Positions 16,323 through 25,278 of a stretch of DNA of 64,000 nucleotides are shown in pieces. Origin of the DNA: Spirochaetales bacterium (GTDB taxonomy: Bacteria; Spirochaetota; Spirochaetia; Sphaerochaetales; Sphaerochaetaceae); contig JAHDQJ010000002.1 in NCBI GenBank assembly GCA_018433865.1, positions 383,592-447,591 on the forward strand. Direction: 5' to 3'. Each line of letters opens with the position of its first letter. The first letter of the stretch is position 1. Below the pieces are notes generated by a model. The model saw only the letters and a program-made list of their open reading frames with translations, was not told where the DNA came from and did not search any database. The translations under genes were made by a program, and so were the position numbers.

Positions 16323-17839
16323 CGGGCGGCCTCCTTGGTTTTCACACCGGCCATCATGAGTCCGACCTCTTCCTCGTTCGTCTTCTTGGTCTCGACGACA
16401 TCGATAAGCTCACCACTGTTCATGACCGCGATGCGGTCGGAGAGGTTGAAGATCTCATCAAGTTCGAAAGAGACCAAGAGCACCGCCTTGCCCTTGTCCC
16501 GGTGCTCTACCAATCGCTTGTGGATATATTCGATCGCTCCGACGTCGAGCCCCCGTGTCGGTTGCACGGCGATGATCAGGTCCGGCTCAAGCGCCATCTC
16601 CCTTCCTACGATCGCCTTCTGTTGGTTTCCTCCCGAAAGCTTTCCGGCAAGCGAGAGGATGCCCTCGCCGGAACGGACATCGAACGCATCGCAGATATCC
16701 TGTGCATGCTTGTCGATGACAGGCTGTTTCAAGATTCCGTTCTTGCTGAATGGCGGGCGGTAGTACTCCTTGATCACCATGTTCGAACCGAGCGGAGCGC
16801 TCATCACCAAACCGCGCTTTTGCCGGTCCTCGGGAATGTGTCCGATCCCCGCCTCGTTCCGCTCTCGGATCGAGGCATGGGTGATTGCCTTCCCGTTGAG
16901 CAGGACGGCTCCCGATACGGCAGGACGCAATCCCGTGATGGCCTCGACCAATTCGGACTGTCCGTTGCCGTCGACTCCCGCGATTCCTACGATCTCGCCT
17001 GCACGGACCGCGAGGGTAAAATCCTTGACCGCAGGCACTTTCTTGTTGTTCAGCACCCTGAGCGATTGTACCTCGAGAACAGGTTTGCCCGCTTGCATAT
17101 CCTGCTTGGCAACCTTGAAGTTGACCGGGCGTCCCACCATCATCGCAGCCATTTTCGCCTGGCTCGTCGAGGCGACATCGACCACCCCGACCATCTTGCC
17201 CCGCCTGATGATGGTACAACGGTCGGCAACCGCCTTGATCTCATCGAGCTTGTGGGTGATGAGGATGACCGACTTGCCCTCCTTGACCATGTTACGCATG
17301 ATCTGCATCAGCTCATCGATCTCCTGGGGGGTGAGGACTGCCGTCGGTTCGTCGAAAATGAGTATCTCCGCATCCCGATAGAGCATCTTGAGGATCTCGA
17401 CGCGCTGTTGCATCCCGACAGTGATGCTTTCGATCACCGAATCGGGGTTGATGCTCAGCCCGTATTGTTCGCTGAGGGCCTTGATCCGCTTGGCCGCGGA
17501 CTTGCGGTCGAGTACGAACGACCCCTCCTTGCCGAGAATGATGTTCTCGGTCACGGTGAACGTCTGGACAAGCTGGAAGTGCTGGTGGACCATACCGATT
17601 CCCAAGTCGGTAGCATCATTGGGGGAGTTTATGCGAACCTCCTCGCCCCGTACCTTGATGACTCCCCGGTCGGCATGATACAGGCCGAACAGGATGCTCA
17701 TCAGGGTCGATTTCCCTGCACCGTTTTCCCCGAGAATGGCGTGGATCTCGCCCTTCTCCACCTGCAACGTGATATCATCGTTCGCAACGATGCCGGGGAA
17801 TTCCTTGCGGATATGCAACATCTCTATGACGTGACTCAT
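16319..17839 (-). CDS. ABC transporter ATP-binding protein with two fused ATPase domains
   Basis: GENGAGKST, LSGGNQQK and a second nucleotide-binding domain. 506 aa is typical of sugar/nucleoside importers. Confidence 0.9.
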   Translation of the reverse strand: MSHVIEMLHIRKEFPGIVANDDITLQVEKGEIHAILGENGAGKSTLMSILFGLYHADRGVIKVRGEEVRINSPNDATDLGIGMVHQHFQLVQTFTVTENIILGKEGSFVLDRKSAAKRIKALSEQYGLSINPDSVIESITVGMQQRVEILKMLYRDAEILIFDEPTAVLTPQEIDELMQIMRNMVKEGKSVILITHKLDEIKAVADRCTIIRRGKMVGVVDVASTSQAKMAAMMVGRPVNFKVAKQDMQAGKPVLEVQSLRVLNNKKVPAVKDFTLAVRAGEIVGIAGVDGNGQSELVEAITGLRPAVSGAVLLNGKAITHASIRERNEAGIGHIPEDRQKRGLVMSAPLGSNMVIKEYYRPPFSKNGILKQPVIDKHAQDICDAFDVRSGEGILSLAGKLSGGNQQKAIVGREMALEPDLIIAVQPTRGLDVGAIEYIHKRLVEHRDKGKAVLLVSFELDEIFNLSDRIAVMNSGELIDVVETKKTNEEEVGLMMAGVKTKEAAR

Positions 17840-17899
17840 TGGGCAGAAGCCTCCTTGAGGGCACGGTCCGGACCGTGCATCGAATCAGCCGAATTTGAC

Positions 17900-17923
17900 A
17901 AGAGCCGCCCGGAGGCGGCCCTT
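17900..17923 (-). terminator. Possible partial terminator between the SBP and ATPase genes
   Basis: GC-rich 10-bp stem aagagccgcc-cgga-ggcggccctt in the 113-nt gap after the SBP gene. No clean U-tail. Confidence 0.35.
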
Positions 17924-17952
17924 GTACATCGTGGAGGACCTTTCGTCCCCGC

Positions 17953-19107
17953 TTACTTGAACAGTCCGGGAAGCTGGGTATCGGCAACCTTCACTTCGCC
18001 GTTCTTCAACTTTCCATAGAGCTCCTGGACCTTCGCCATCACGTCGGCAGAAAGGTTGGGGTTCTGTACGGGGATACCGATGCCATCGTTGGTCGCATCG
18101 AGGTTGAGTTTCTGTCCGCCGGGGAAGGTTCCCGCCAGCTCGTGCTTGATCATGTCGTATGAGGCACGGTCAAGATACTTCATGGCGCTGGTGAGGATGA
18201 CCGACTTGCCAGTAGGGAGCATGCCATCAGGATACTGGTCCACGTCGACTCCGACGATCCAGACATCCTTTCCTGCGGTCACACGGGCCTTCGCCTCGTT
18301 GATCGCACCGACACCGACTCCGCCGGCTGCGGCGAAGATCACGTTGACACCCTTGTCAAACATGGAGGCTGCGATCTGCTGGCCTGCTGCCACGTTGTCG
18401 AAGGAACCCTGGTAAAGATAATTCTCCGCCAGCATGGTGATGTTGGTTCCGAGATTCTCGTTGGCATACTTGACGCCCTGCTGCCAGCCCCAATTGAACT
18501 TCTGGACCGCAGGAATCTCCATGCCGCCGATGAACCCGAAATTGCCCGTCTTCATCTGCAACGCAGCGGCGATTCCGGCAAGGAAACCAGACTCATGCTC
18601 TGCCCAGAACACGGCGACGACGTTCTTCTCGGTCCTGAATGTCGCGTAGTCTGCAGTGTGCGGCTCCCCATCGAGGATGACGAACTTGGCGGAAGGATAC
18701 TTGTCCTGTGCCTCATAGATGGAGGTCTCGAACTTGTATCCGGGGGTGATGATGAACCTGTACCCGGCGTCGTAGAGGTTTCCGATCTCCTTCAGGTAAT
18801 CGGCCTCTGTCGTTCCGGAGGGCTTGAGATACTTGGCATCGACGATGCCCTCGTTCTGAGCCTTCAGGATGCCTTCCCAAGTCCCTTGGTTGAACGACTT
18901 GTCATCGATGGTTCCTGCATCGGTAATCATGCCGACCTTCAGCTTCGCAGCCGGTTTCGCCGCAGGAGCTGCCGGGGCAGGCTGCGTGACGACTTGCGCG
19001 GGTGTGGCTGCAGGCGTTGTTGCCGTCGCGGACTCCTTCTTTCCACAAGAAACCATGACAAGGGCGATTGCCAATACCATCAACCCTACATACAGAGCTT
19101 TCTTCAT
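17953..19107 (-). CDS. BMP family (PnrA/Med-like) ABC substrate-binding lipoprotein
   Basis: Lipobox LVMVSC|G. Pro/Ala-rich linker followed by the basic-membrane-protein fold. Confidence 0.85.
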   Translation of the reverse strand: MKKALYVGLMVLAIALVMVSCGKKESATATTPAATPAQVVTQPAPAAPAAKPAAKLKVGMITDAGTIDDKSFNQGTWEGILKAQNEGIVDAKYLKPSGTTEADYLKEIGNLYDAGYRFIITPGYKFETSIYEAQDKYPSAKFVILDGEPHTADYATFRTEKNVVAVFWAEHESGFLAGIAAALQMKTGNFGFIGGMEIPAVQKFNWGWQQGVKYANENLGTNITMLAENYLYQGSFDNVAAGQQIAASMFDKGVNVIFAAAGGVGVGAINEAKARVTAGKDVWIVGVDVDQYPDGMLPTGKSVILTSAMKYLDRASYDMIKHELAGTFPGGQKLNLDATNDGIGIPVQNPNLSADVMAKVQELYGKLKNGEVKVADTQLPGLFK

Positions 19108-19217
19108 GTGATTGTCTCCTTACCAAAAAATAGTATTTCGGTCTTGATAAGCTTAGCCCATCCCCATTGAATTGGCAAGATTAATCCCTTGGAGACTCCC
19201 ACATTGTCCGAGATTCG

Positions 19218-19849
19218 TCAGATCAGGGCATCAAGCCGGTACAACTCCGCCAGTGCAAGGATGAAGGGTCCTACACCCTTGAAATCATCGGTGGCGACAG
19301 CCGAGGAGACATAGTAGGAGAAAGAACCGTCGCGGTACGGCTTCCCTCCCAACCCTGCCACCGAACAGGTGTCGACAAGATGGAGACGGTCCTCACGATC
19401 CACGACGGTCTTCAATTCGGCGAGCGCACGCAGCGCACGCTCGATCGGTGTATACGGACCACCTTGCTTTTCGGAGCGGATGCGATTGCGGTATTCCCAC
19501 CATCTCTGTCCCCGTCCATCGATGGTGCCCTCTCCTGCGATCGATACATGGTGTGCGTCCCGCGCTTGGATACACGGTTGCATCGCATGGTATTCGACAC
19601 CCTCCCAGCGCGTCCACACCGGTCTGTACCGTTCGAATTCATCGATGAAGGCTATCGTTGCCTTTTCTCAATCATGAGCGTGCCATGTGAGGGAATGGTG
19701 ATCAGACCGGTTTCCCACACCCCCGCGGTTACTGTGAGCGTTCCTCCTCCATGCTGCCGCAGATGATCGAGCGCACGGAGGAACGCTTCGCTGTTGTCGT
19801 TTCCCACGCCGGCGTTTCCGCCGAACTGTTCAAGCGTGCAACCCACCAT
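19218..19849 (-). pseudogene. Chimeric remnant: GH28-like N-terminus (frameshifted) fused to a GH88-like C-terminus
   Basis: 19849..19652 encodes FGGNAGVGNDNSEAFLRALD..GGGTLTVTAGVWETG. After a frameshift the reading continues RWEGVEYH...IAGEGTIDGRGQRWWE. It then switches to GLGGKPYRDGSFSYY..DDFKGVGPFILALAEL. Confidence 0.6.
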
Positions 19850-19898
19850 CTCCGAAGCCTCCTTTACAGATCCGATGCCGTCCCCCTATACTTTGCTC

Positions 19899-20768
19899 AT
19901 GATGCAATTCGGTTTTCGTGCCCATGATTTCGGCCGCATGCCGATCGAGCGCCTCGCACGCACGCTGCACGTCTTCGCGCCGGTGACGATCCAGCTTGCC
20001 TTGACGAAAGCACTTGATGCATATCCGGATGCCGGGCAGTTGAGTCCCGGATACGCACGCAGGATCCGGAAGGTCCTCGAGTCCCACGACATCGACATCG
20101 CAGTGCTGGGTTGCTACATCAATCCCGTACATCCCGATGACCAGCTGTTGGATCGTGCGCTCGCACGGTTCGAGGAACATCTGGTCTTCTGTGCCGATTT
20201 CGGATGCCGCCTGGTGGGAACCGAGACGGGTTCGTGCAACCCGGACGGATCGTTCCATCCGGAGACCGCAAGCGAGAAGACCTTCGACCGCCTGACCCGA
20301 TCCGTCGAACGTCTGGTCAGGACCGCGGAGAAATTCGGAGCTCTCGTGGGGATCGAACCGGTGGCCGACACGCATGTGATCGGCTCTGTCGCTTCGATGG
20401 CACGCCTGCTTGCCAGGATCGATTCGCCCAATCTCCGGGTGATCCATGATCCGGTGAACCTGCTTCCCTCCGCCAGTCCGTTCGGACCGGAAGGTCCTGA
20501 TGGAAATCAGCAACGCAGCATCTTCCTCGAGGCATTCGATGCCATCGGCGAGAAGATCGCCGCGGTGCATCTCAAGGACTTCACCTACCACGAGGGGATC
20601 AAGTCCGCCGCGCTGCCCGCGTTGACCGGGCACATGGATGTGCCTGCGCTGCTCTCGATCATCAGTGAACGCAAGGGGGGGATCGACATCCTGTTGGAAA
20701 ACACCCAGATGGATACGGCTGCGCTCACGCTCGGAGCGCTCAAGCGCATGGCGACCCTGGTGCAATGA
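19899..20768 (+). CDS. Sugar phosphate isomerase/epimerase (xylose-isomerase-like TIM barrel)
   Basis: Start at MMQFGFRAHDF. Family-typical pattern FCADFGCRLVGTETG ... GIEPV ... HDPVNL ... HLKD. Confidence 0.7.
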   Translation: MMQFGFRAHDFGRMPIERLARTLHVFAPVTIQLALTKALDAYPDAGQLSPGYARRIRKVLESHDIDIAVLGCYINPVHPDDQLLDRALARFEEHLVFCADFGCRLVGTETGSCNPDGSFHPETASEKTFDRLTRSVERLVRTAEKFGALVGIEPVADTHVIGSVASMARLLARIDSPNLRVIHDPVNLLPSASPFGPEGPDGNQQRSIFLEAFDAIGEKIAAVHLKDFTYHEGIKSAALPALTGHMDVPALLSIISERKGGIDILLENTQMDTAALTLGALKRMATLVQ

Positions 20769-20864
20769 TCGAAGCGGCAGACGAACTCCCATGATCCCAG
20801 TGTGAAATGCCCGAAGATGCTTCGCAAGAGGGGAAATCGGACAGTTTTTGGATTATTCCGACCA

Positions 20865-22019
20865 TCAGTCCAATGCGGTGAGCAGAGGTTGGTCGAACGA
20901 GACGGGTCGCAGGTTGTCGCTGAGGACCTTCGTCATGTAGTTCCTGTCCAGTTCCAAGTCATAGACCAATCGCACCAGCAGGTCCTCCGCAAGAAGGTTC
21001 TGCTCGCAGAAGAGGTATATGAGCGCCTTCTCTGCCAAGCATCCGCTCTTGAGCGCATTCATGTAGATGCGTGCGTCGGGTCTTTCCCCGTATCGTCTCG
21101 CCATGTGCCGGTACAGCTCGGAAGAGCTCACGTCATGCTTGAGTGCCCGCATCTCCTCGCGCAACGGCCCGATATCTGAGCGCGAGGCACGTTCTCCGAG
21201 CGGCTTGAGGTGGAAGAAGGTGTACTCCTTCGCCGGCAGATAGTGGTGTTCGTCGCAGCGGGAACAATAGTTCGGGCTGAGCGGATCCTCCTTCTGGGTA
21301 TCCCCTCCGACGATGATCAGCGGATCGAAGTAGAGCGCGGGACATTCCTGACCGTCAACCGTGTAATACCGATAGGTATAGAAAGCATCTTTCATGCAGT
21401 CGGGATGCTCGCAATAGGCAGTCAGGGGAATGACATCGGTGGCGATGTCGAGCATGAGCCGCGCGGTGGAATTGAAGATGTCCCGGCGGAAATTGAGGAT
21501 CAAGGTCGGAAAGATGAAGAGGATCCCCCGTTCCAGGCTATGGTTGCGCACCACATAGGCAATCCGTTCGTCGAAGAACGAAGCCTCGTCGATGATGAAG
21601 GTACCGACATCGGGATGGTCGGCGAGCACTTGTTCGAGACCGAAGGAGTCCCTGATGCGTGCGATATTCTCCCCGCACCGGATGTATCCGTTGCGGTAGG
21701 CCAGCGCATCGACCGGGTATTCGCGGAAACGCTCGCCGTCGATCTCGCTGCGGACGAAGAATACCTTCCTCCTGTCCACTCCGTCGGTGCTCGTCATGCG
21801 GCGGATGACATCGCTTTTCTTCTGTGCGATTGCCGCGTCCCTCCACACCCTGGCGGAAAACTCGGTTTTGCCGGAACCCATCGGACCGATGACGAGCACG
21901 CGTCGCCCCGGCAACGTGAAATCAAAGTGAGTGAAGGTCTGGTGGACCGTGATCGAGGGGAAGCCGAGGCTCTTGAGAAAGTCGTCGGGCAAGGTGTCCT
22001 GCTTCTCAGTACGCGGCAT
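20865..22019 (-). CDS. Thymidine kinase (TK1)-like P-loop protein with N- and C-terminal extensions
   Basis: [10 protein letters not shown] (P-loop), [10 protein letters not shown], and a four-Cys lasso-like region CEHPDC...CSRCDEHH. 384 aa against about 190-200 for TK1. Start overlaps the deoC end by 14 nt. Confidence 0.6.
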   Translation of the reverse strand: MPRTEKQDTLPDDFLKSLGFPSITVHQTFTHFDFTLPGRRVLVIGPMGSGKTEFSARVWRDAAIAQKKSDVIRRMTSTDGVDRRKVFFVRSEIDGERFREYPVDALAYRNGYIRCGENIARIRDSFGLEQVLADHPDVGTFIIDEASFFDERIAYVVRNHSLERGILFIFPTLILNFRRDIFNSTARLMLDIATDVIPLTAYCEHPDCMKDAFYTYRYYTVDGQECPALYFDPLIIVGGDTQKEDPLSPNYCSRCDEHHYLPAKEYTFFHLKPLGERASRSDIGPLREEMRALKHDVSSSELYRHMARRYGERPDARIYMNALKSGCLAEKALIYLFCEQNLLAEDLLVRLVYDLELDRNYMTKVLSDNLRPVSFDQPLLTALD

Positions 22020-22680
22020 GGGATGTCGCTCCCTGCACGATCGCAATCCCACTGCTTGTCCCGAGGCGTGTCGCTCCCGATGAGATCATCGCCACTGCGG
22101 TCTCGTAGCTGCGGATTCCTCCGGAAGCTTTCACTCCTACCGAATCTCCGACCGTAGCCCGCATGAGTGCCACATCCTGCTCGGTTGCCCCTCCGGTCGA
22201 GAATCCTGTCGAGGTCTTGACGAAATCCGCTCCGGCTTGCACCGCGAGGCGGCACGCCTCCCGCTTTTCCTCATCGGAAAGGAGACAGGTCTCGATGATT
22301 ACCTTCAGCAGATTGCCGGCACAGGCCTCTTTCACCATCCGGATGTCTTGCTCGACCGCGTCCGACTTGCCTGCTTTCAACCACCCGATATTCAGCACCA
22401 TGTCGATCTCCTGCGCACCGTCACCGACGGCTGCGGCCGCTTCGAAAGCCTTGCTTTCGCTCTTCATCGCACCAAGCGGAAAACCGACGACCGTACAGAC
22501 CTTCACTTGGGCACCCGCGAGCAGCGTACCGCACAAAGCCGTCCAGCAACTGTTCACGCAGACGGATGCGAAATTGTGGCGCACCGCTTCGTCGCACAAC
22601 TGCCTGATCTTGTCTTCGGTGGCATTGCTGGCCAAGAGCGTGTGATCGATATAACCGGCAAGTTCCTCGGGTTTGAACAT
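22006..22680 (-). CDS. deoC: Deoxyribose-phosphate aldolase
   Basis: IDHTLL...[10 protein letters not shown]...EIDMV...VKVIIET...FVKTSTGF...VKASGGIR. Confidence 0.9.
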   Translation of the reverse strand: MFKPEELAGYIDHTLLASNATEDKIRQLCDEAVRHNFASVCVNSCWTALCGTLLAGAQVKVCTVVGFPLGAMKSESKAFEAAAAVGDGAQEIDMVLNIGWLKAGKSDAVEQDIRMVKEACAGNLLKVIIETCLLSDEEKREACRLAVQAGADFVKTSTGFSTGGATEQDVALMRATVGDSVGVKASGGIRSYETAVAMISSGATRLGTSSGIAIVQGATSHAAY

Positions 22681-22813
22681 AGGAATCTCCTTCTTGTTTC
22701 GATGGCCTCTGTAGAGTATCCCATTCGTCGGGACTTCGCAACTGAACTCTCACGCACAGGCCATCCTGTGGGCGACCTTGATTTTTCCGAAAGTGCACGG
22801 TACTGTCAACACC

Positions 22814-23734
22814 ATGATACTCGAAACAATCGCTGACAAATACCTCTGGTTCCTGATTGCCATCCTCGTAGTGAACATGTACCAACGGAAAGGTGGCGCC
22901 CGCAGCTATCGCAAACGGACTGCCACGCTGATCATCGCAAGCCTCGCGATGGTCTGGCAGGTTTTCATCGTCATCATCCTCAGCCGGGGATGGCCGCATT
23001 GGCTTGCGATCCCCGCCCTGGCGTTGGCACTTGCCATCGGCATCCCGTTCAGGAAGCGTATTCTCCTGTTCAGGGGAACTTGCGTGCAATGCAGCGCGAA
23101 GCTTGCCGTGACCGCGATCATCAACCACGATGACAATCTCTGCGACTCCTGCTGGGCAAAGGAACATCCCGAGCAGGCCGCACCGAAAGAGGCCGAGAAG
23201 ATCGTCGGGGAGACCGTTGCGCAACCAACTGATGCACGGAATGTCGATGATATCGATTGGGACAGCTGGGAACCGACGGAGACGGCGGTCCTGTGCTATC
23301 TGTTCGACAAGGACCGCGTCCTTCTGATTGACAAGAAGACAGGCTTGGGCAAGGGTTTGGTGAACGCTCCCGGCGGACACTTGGAGGAGGCGGAGACGGC
23401 CAGCGAGGCGGCGATGCGGGAAATCGCCGAGGAGACCGGCATCAGCGTTCCTTCGGTCACCTACATGGGTAAGCTGGAGTTCCAATTCACCGACGGCCTG
23501 GCGATGCGCGGACACGTGTTCTTCGCGCATGAGCATTCCGGAACCTTGACGGAAACCGATGAGGCCCGTCCCTTCTGGTGCGAGGTCAAGGACCTTCCCT
23601 ACGATCGGATGTGGGAAGATGACAAGCTCTGGCTCCCCATAGCTCTCGAAGGAAAACGGTTCAGTGGAAGGTTCGTCTTCGAAGGCGAGAAGATGCTGAG
23701 CCACCAGGTCACGGAAGAGTCCGACGAAACGTGA
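22814..23734 (+). CDS. Membrane-anchored NUDIX hydrolase (MutT-like) with a CxxC...CxxC insert
   Basis: N-terminal TM helices, CVQCSAK...CDSCW, then the NUDIX box GGHLEEAETASEAAMREIAEETG. Confidence 0.7.
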   Translation: MILETIADKYLWFLIAILVVNMYQRKGGARSYRKRTATLIIASLAMVWQVFIVIILSRGWPHWLAIPALALALAIGIPFRKRILLFRGTCVQCSAKLAVTAIINHDDNLCDSCWAKEHPEQAAPKEAEKIVGETVAQPTDARNVDDIDWDSWEPTETAVLCYLFDKDRVLLIDKKTGLGKGLVNAPGGHLEEAETASEAAMREIAEETGISVPSVTYMGKLEFQFTDGLAMRGHVFFAHEHSGTLTETDEARPFWCEVKDLPYDRMWEDDKLWLPIALEGKRFSGRFVFEGEKMLSHQVTEESDET

Positions 23735-24669
23735 GCTCCCGTTGTGCACTCGGATTGGGATGCTGGGCATTCGGAGCCGATTATTGGCACGACCAAAGAC
23801 GTGAGGACTCCGTGAGGACCCTCCACGCTGCCATCCGGGGGGGCATCAGGCATTTCGACACCGCACAGGGGTACGGGAAGGGAATGTCCGAGCAATTGCT
23901 CGGACAGCAGTTGCGCCGTTTCAGGAACGAGCTTCACAGGTCGGACTATACGATTGCGACCAAGATGTTCCTTCCTTCCGATCCAGCGGAAGTAGCTCCT
24001 ACCGTTTCCGTCTCCCTCAGACGCCTGTGTACCGACCGTATCGACATCCTCTATATCCACTGGCCCGACTCGAAGCGTGATTGCCGCCCCTATCTCGAGC
24101 AGATGGAAACACTGCGCAGGCGTGGGATCGTCGGTTCGATTGGAGTCAGCAATTTCACTCCCGCCCTCCTGCAGTCGGCGTCGGAGGTGACCGAGATCGG
24201 GTACTGCCAGTTTCCCCTCTCACTCCTCTGGATGAAGAGCCTCGAGAGGCTTTCCCCGCTGTGCGCGGTACGGAAGATCAAGACGGTAGCCTACAGTCCC
24301 TTGGCCCTCGGACTGTTGTCGGGACGATACCGAAGTGCGGCCGACCTGGCAGAAGGAGATCGGAGAAGATCGCTCTTCCCCTTCTCGGAACCTTGCCACC
24401 ACGCGTTCCTCGACCTGCTTGAGGCACTCGGGGTGCTGGCCTCGCAATCAAAAACGGACATGGCCACGCTCGCATTCCTGTGGGTCCTCGCACAGGGCGC
24501 CGACATCGTACTCACCGGCGCACGGACAAAAGAACAGCTGGAACGTGTTCTCTTGTCTGTCGAAAGCCACGTGGACTCTCCGGTGTTCGACGAGTTGACC
24601 GAGATCGCACGATCGTTCGGCCGTTGCATCGAAGAGCATGAGGACAACCCCTTTTTCCATCGTTGGTAA
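23731..24669 (+). CDS. Aldo/keto reductase
   Basis: HFDTAQGYGKGMSEQLLG and IDILYIHWPD motifs. GTG start overlaps the upstream stop. Confidence 0.85.
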   Translation: MSSRCALGLGCWAFGADYWHDQRREDSVRTLHAAIRGGIRHFDTAQGYGKGMSEQLLGQQLRRFRNELHRSDYTIATKMFLPSDPAEVAPTVSVSLRRLCTDRIDILYIHWPDSKRDCRPYLEQMETLRRRGIVGSIGVSNFTPALLQSASEVTEIGYCQFPLSLLWMKSLERLSPLCAVRKIKTVAYSPLALGLLSGRYRSAADLAEGDRRRSLFPFSEPCHHAFLDLLEALGVLASQSKTDMATLAFLWVLAQGADIVLTGARTKEQLERVLLSVESHVDSPVFDELTEIARSFGRCIEEHEDNPFFHRW

Positions 24670-24687
24670 GCGTGCTAGGATACGGGC

Positions 24688-25278
24688 ATGAGAATACCGA
24701 TCGCTCCCTACAGCACCGAACTGGAAGTGAAGAGATCACGGTTCATCGCGATCGCAGAGTTCGCCGCAGACTCCGAGACGGTGAAAGCGAGGATTGCCGC
24801 GACCCGTGCGGCGCATCCCCAGGCGAACCATGTGGTGCACGCCGCAGTACTTGGAGAACAGGGAACGCAGTTCAGCTTGAGCGATGACCATGAGCCCAAG
24901 AACACCGCAGGAAGACCGGTCCTCGAGGTACTCAAAGGGAGCGGGATCACCAACGTACTGGTGATGGTCGTACGGTATTTCGGTGGCACGCTGCTGGGGA
25001 CCGGAGGATTGGTCAAGGCGTATGGAGATGCGACGAAGATTGCGATTGATGGCTTGAAAACAGAAGAACTCATAGAAAAAATAGATATCAGGATCACCAT
25101 GGGATATGATATCTACGAACAGGTGAAAAAGCTGATCATCGAGGCAGAGGGCACCTCAACCGAGGATTTTGCGACCGAGGTCACCGTTTGCGCCACCGTT
25201 CCCAAGAGCGCCTCGAGCCAACTGGTCTCGCGCATCACCGACTTGAGCAGTGCACGGGCACGCATCGAGATGCTCTAG
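24688..25278 (+). CDS. yigZ: YigZ/IMPACT family protein (UPF0029)
   Basis: KRSRFIA...HVVHAAVLG...SDDHEPKNTAGRPVL...VVRYFGGTLLGTGGLVKAY. Confidence 0.75.
   Translation: MRIPIAPYSTELEVKRSRFIAIAEFAADSETVKARIAATRAAHPQANHVVHAAVLGEQGTQFSLSDDHEPKNTAGRPVLEVLKGSGITNVLVMVVRYFGGTLLGTGGLVKAYGDATKIAIDGLKTEELIEKIDIRITMGYDIYEQVKKLIIEAEGTSTEDFATEVTVCATVPKSASSQLVSRITDLSSARARIEML

Noticed and set aside
18935-19040. Pro/Ala-rich repeat-like stretch (ATTPAATPAQVVTQPAPAAPAAKPAAK)
   Set aside because: This is a low-complexity lipoprotein tether inside the BMP binding protein, not a DNA repeat or a separate feature.
22421-23770. 449-aa minus-strand ORF
   Set aside because: It is antisense to the NUDIX gene and out of frame with deoC. 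It has no motifs and an Arg/Gly/Pro-rich composition.
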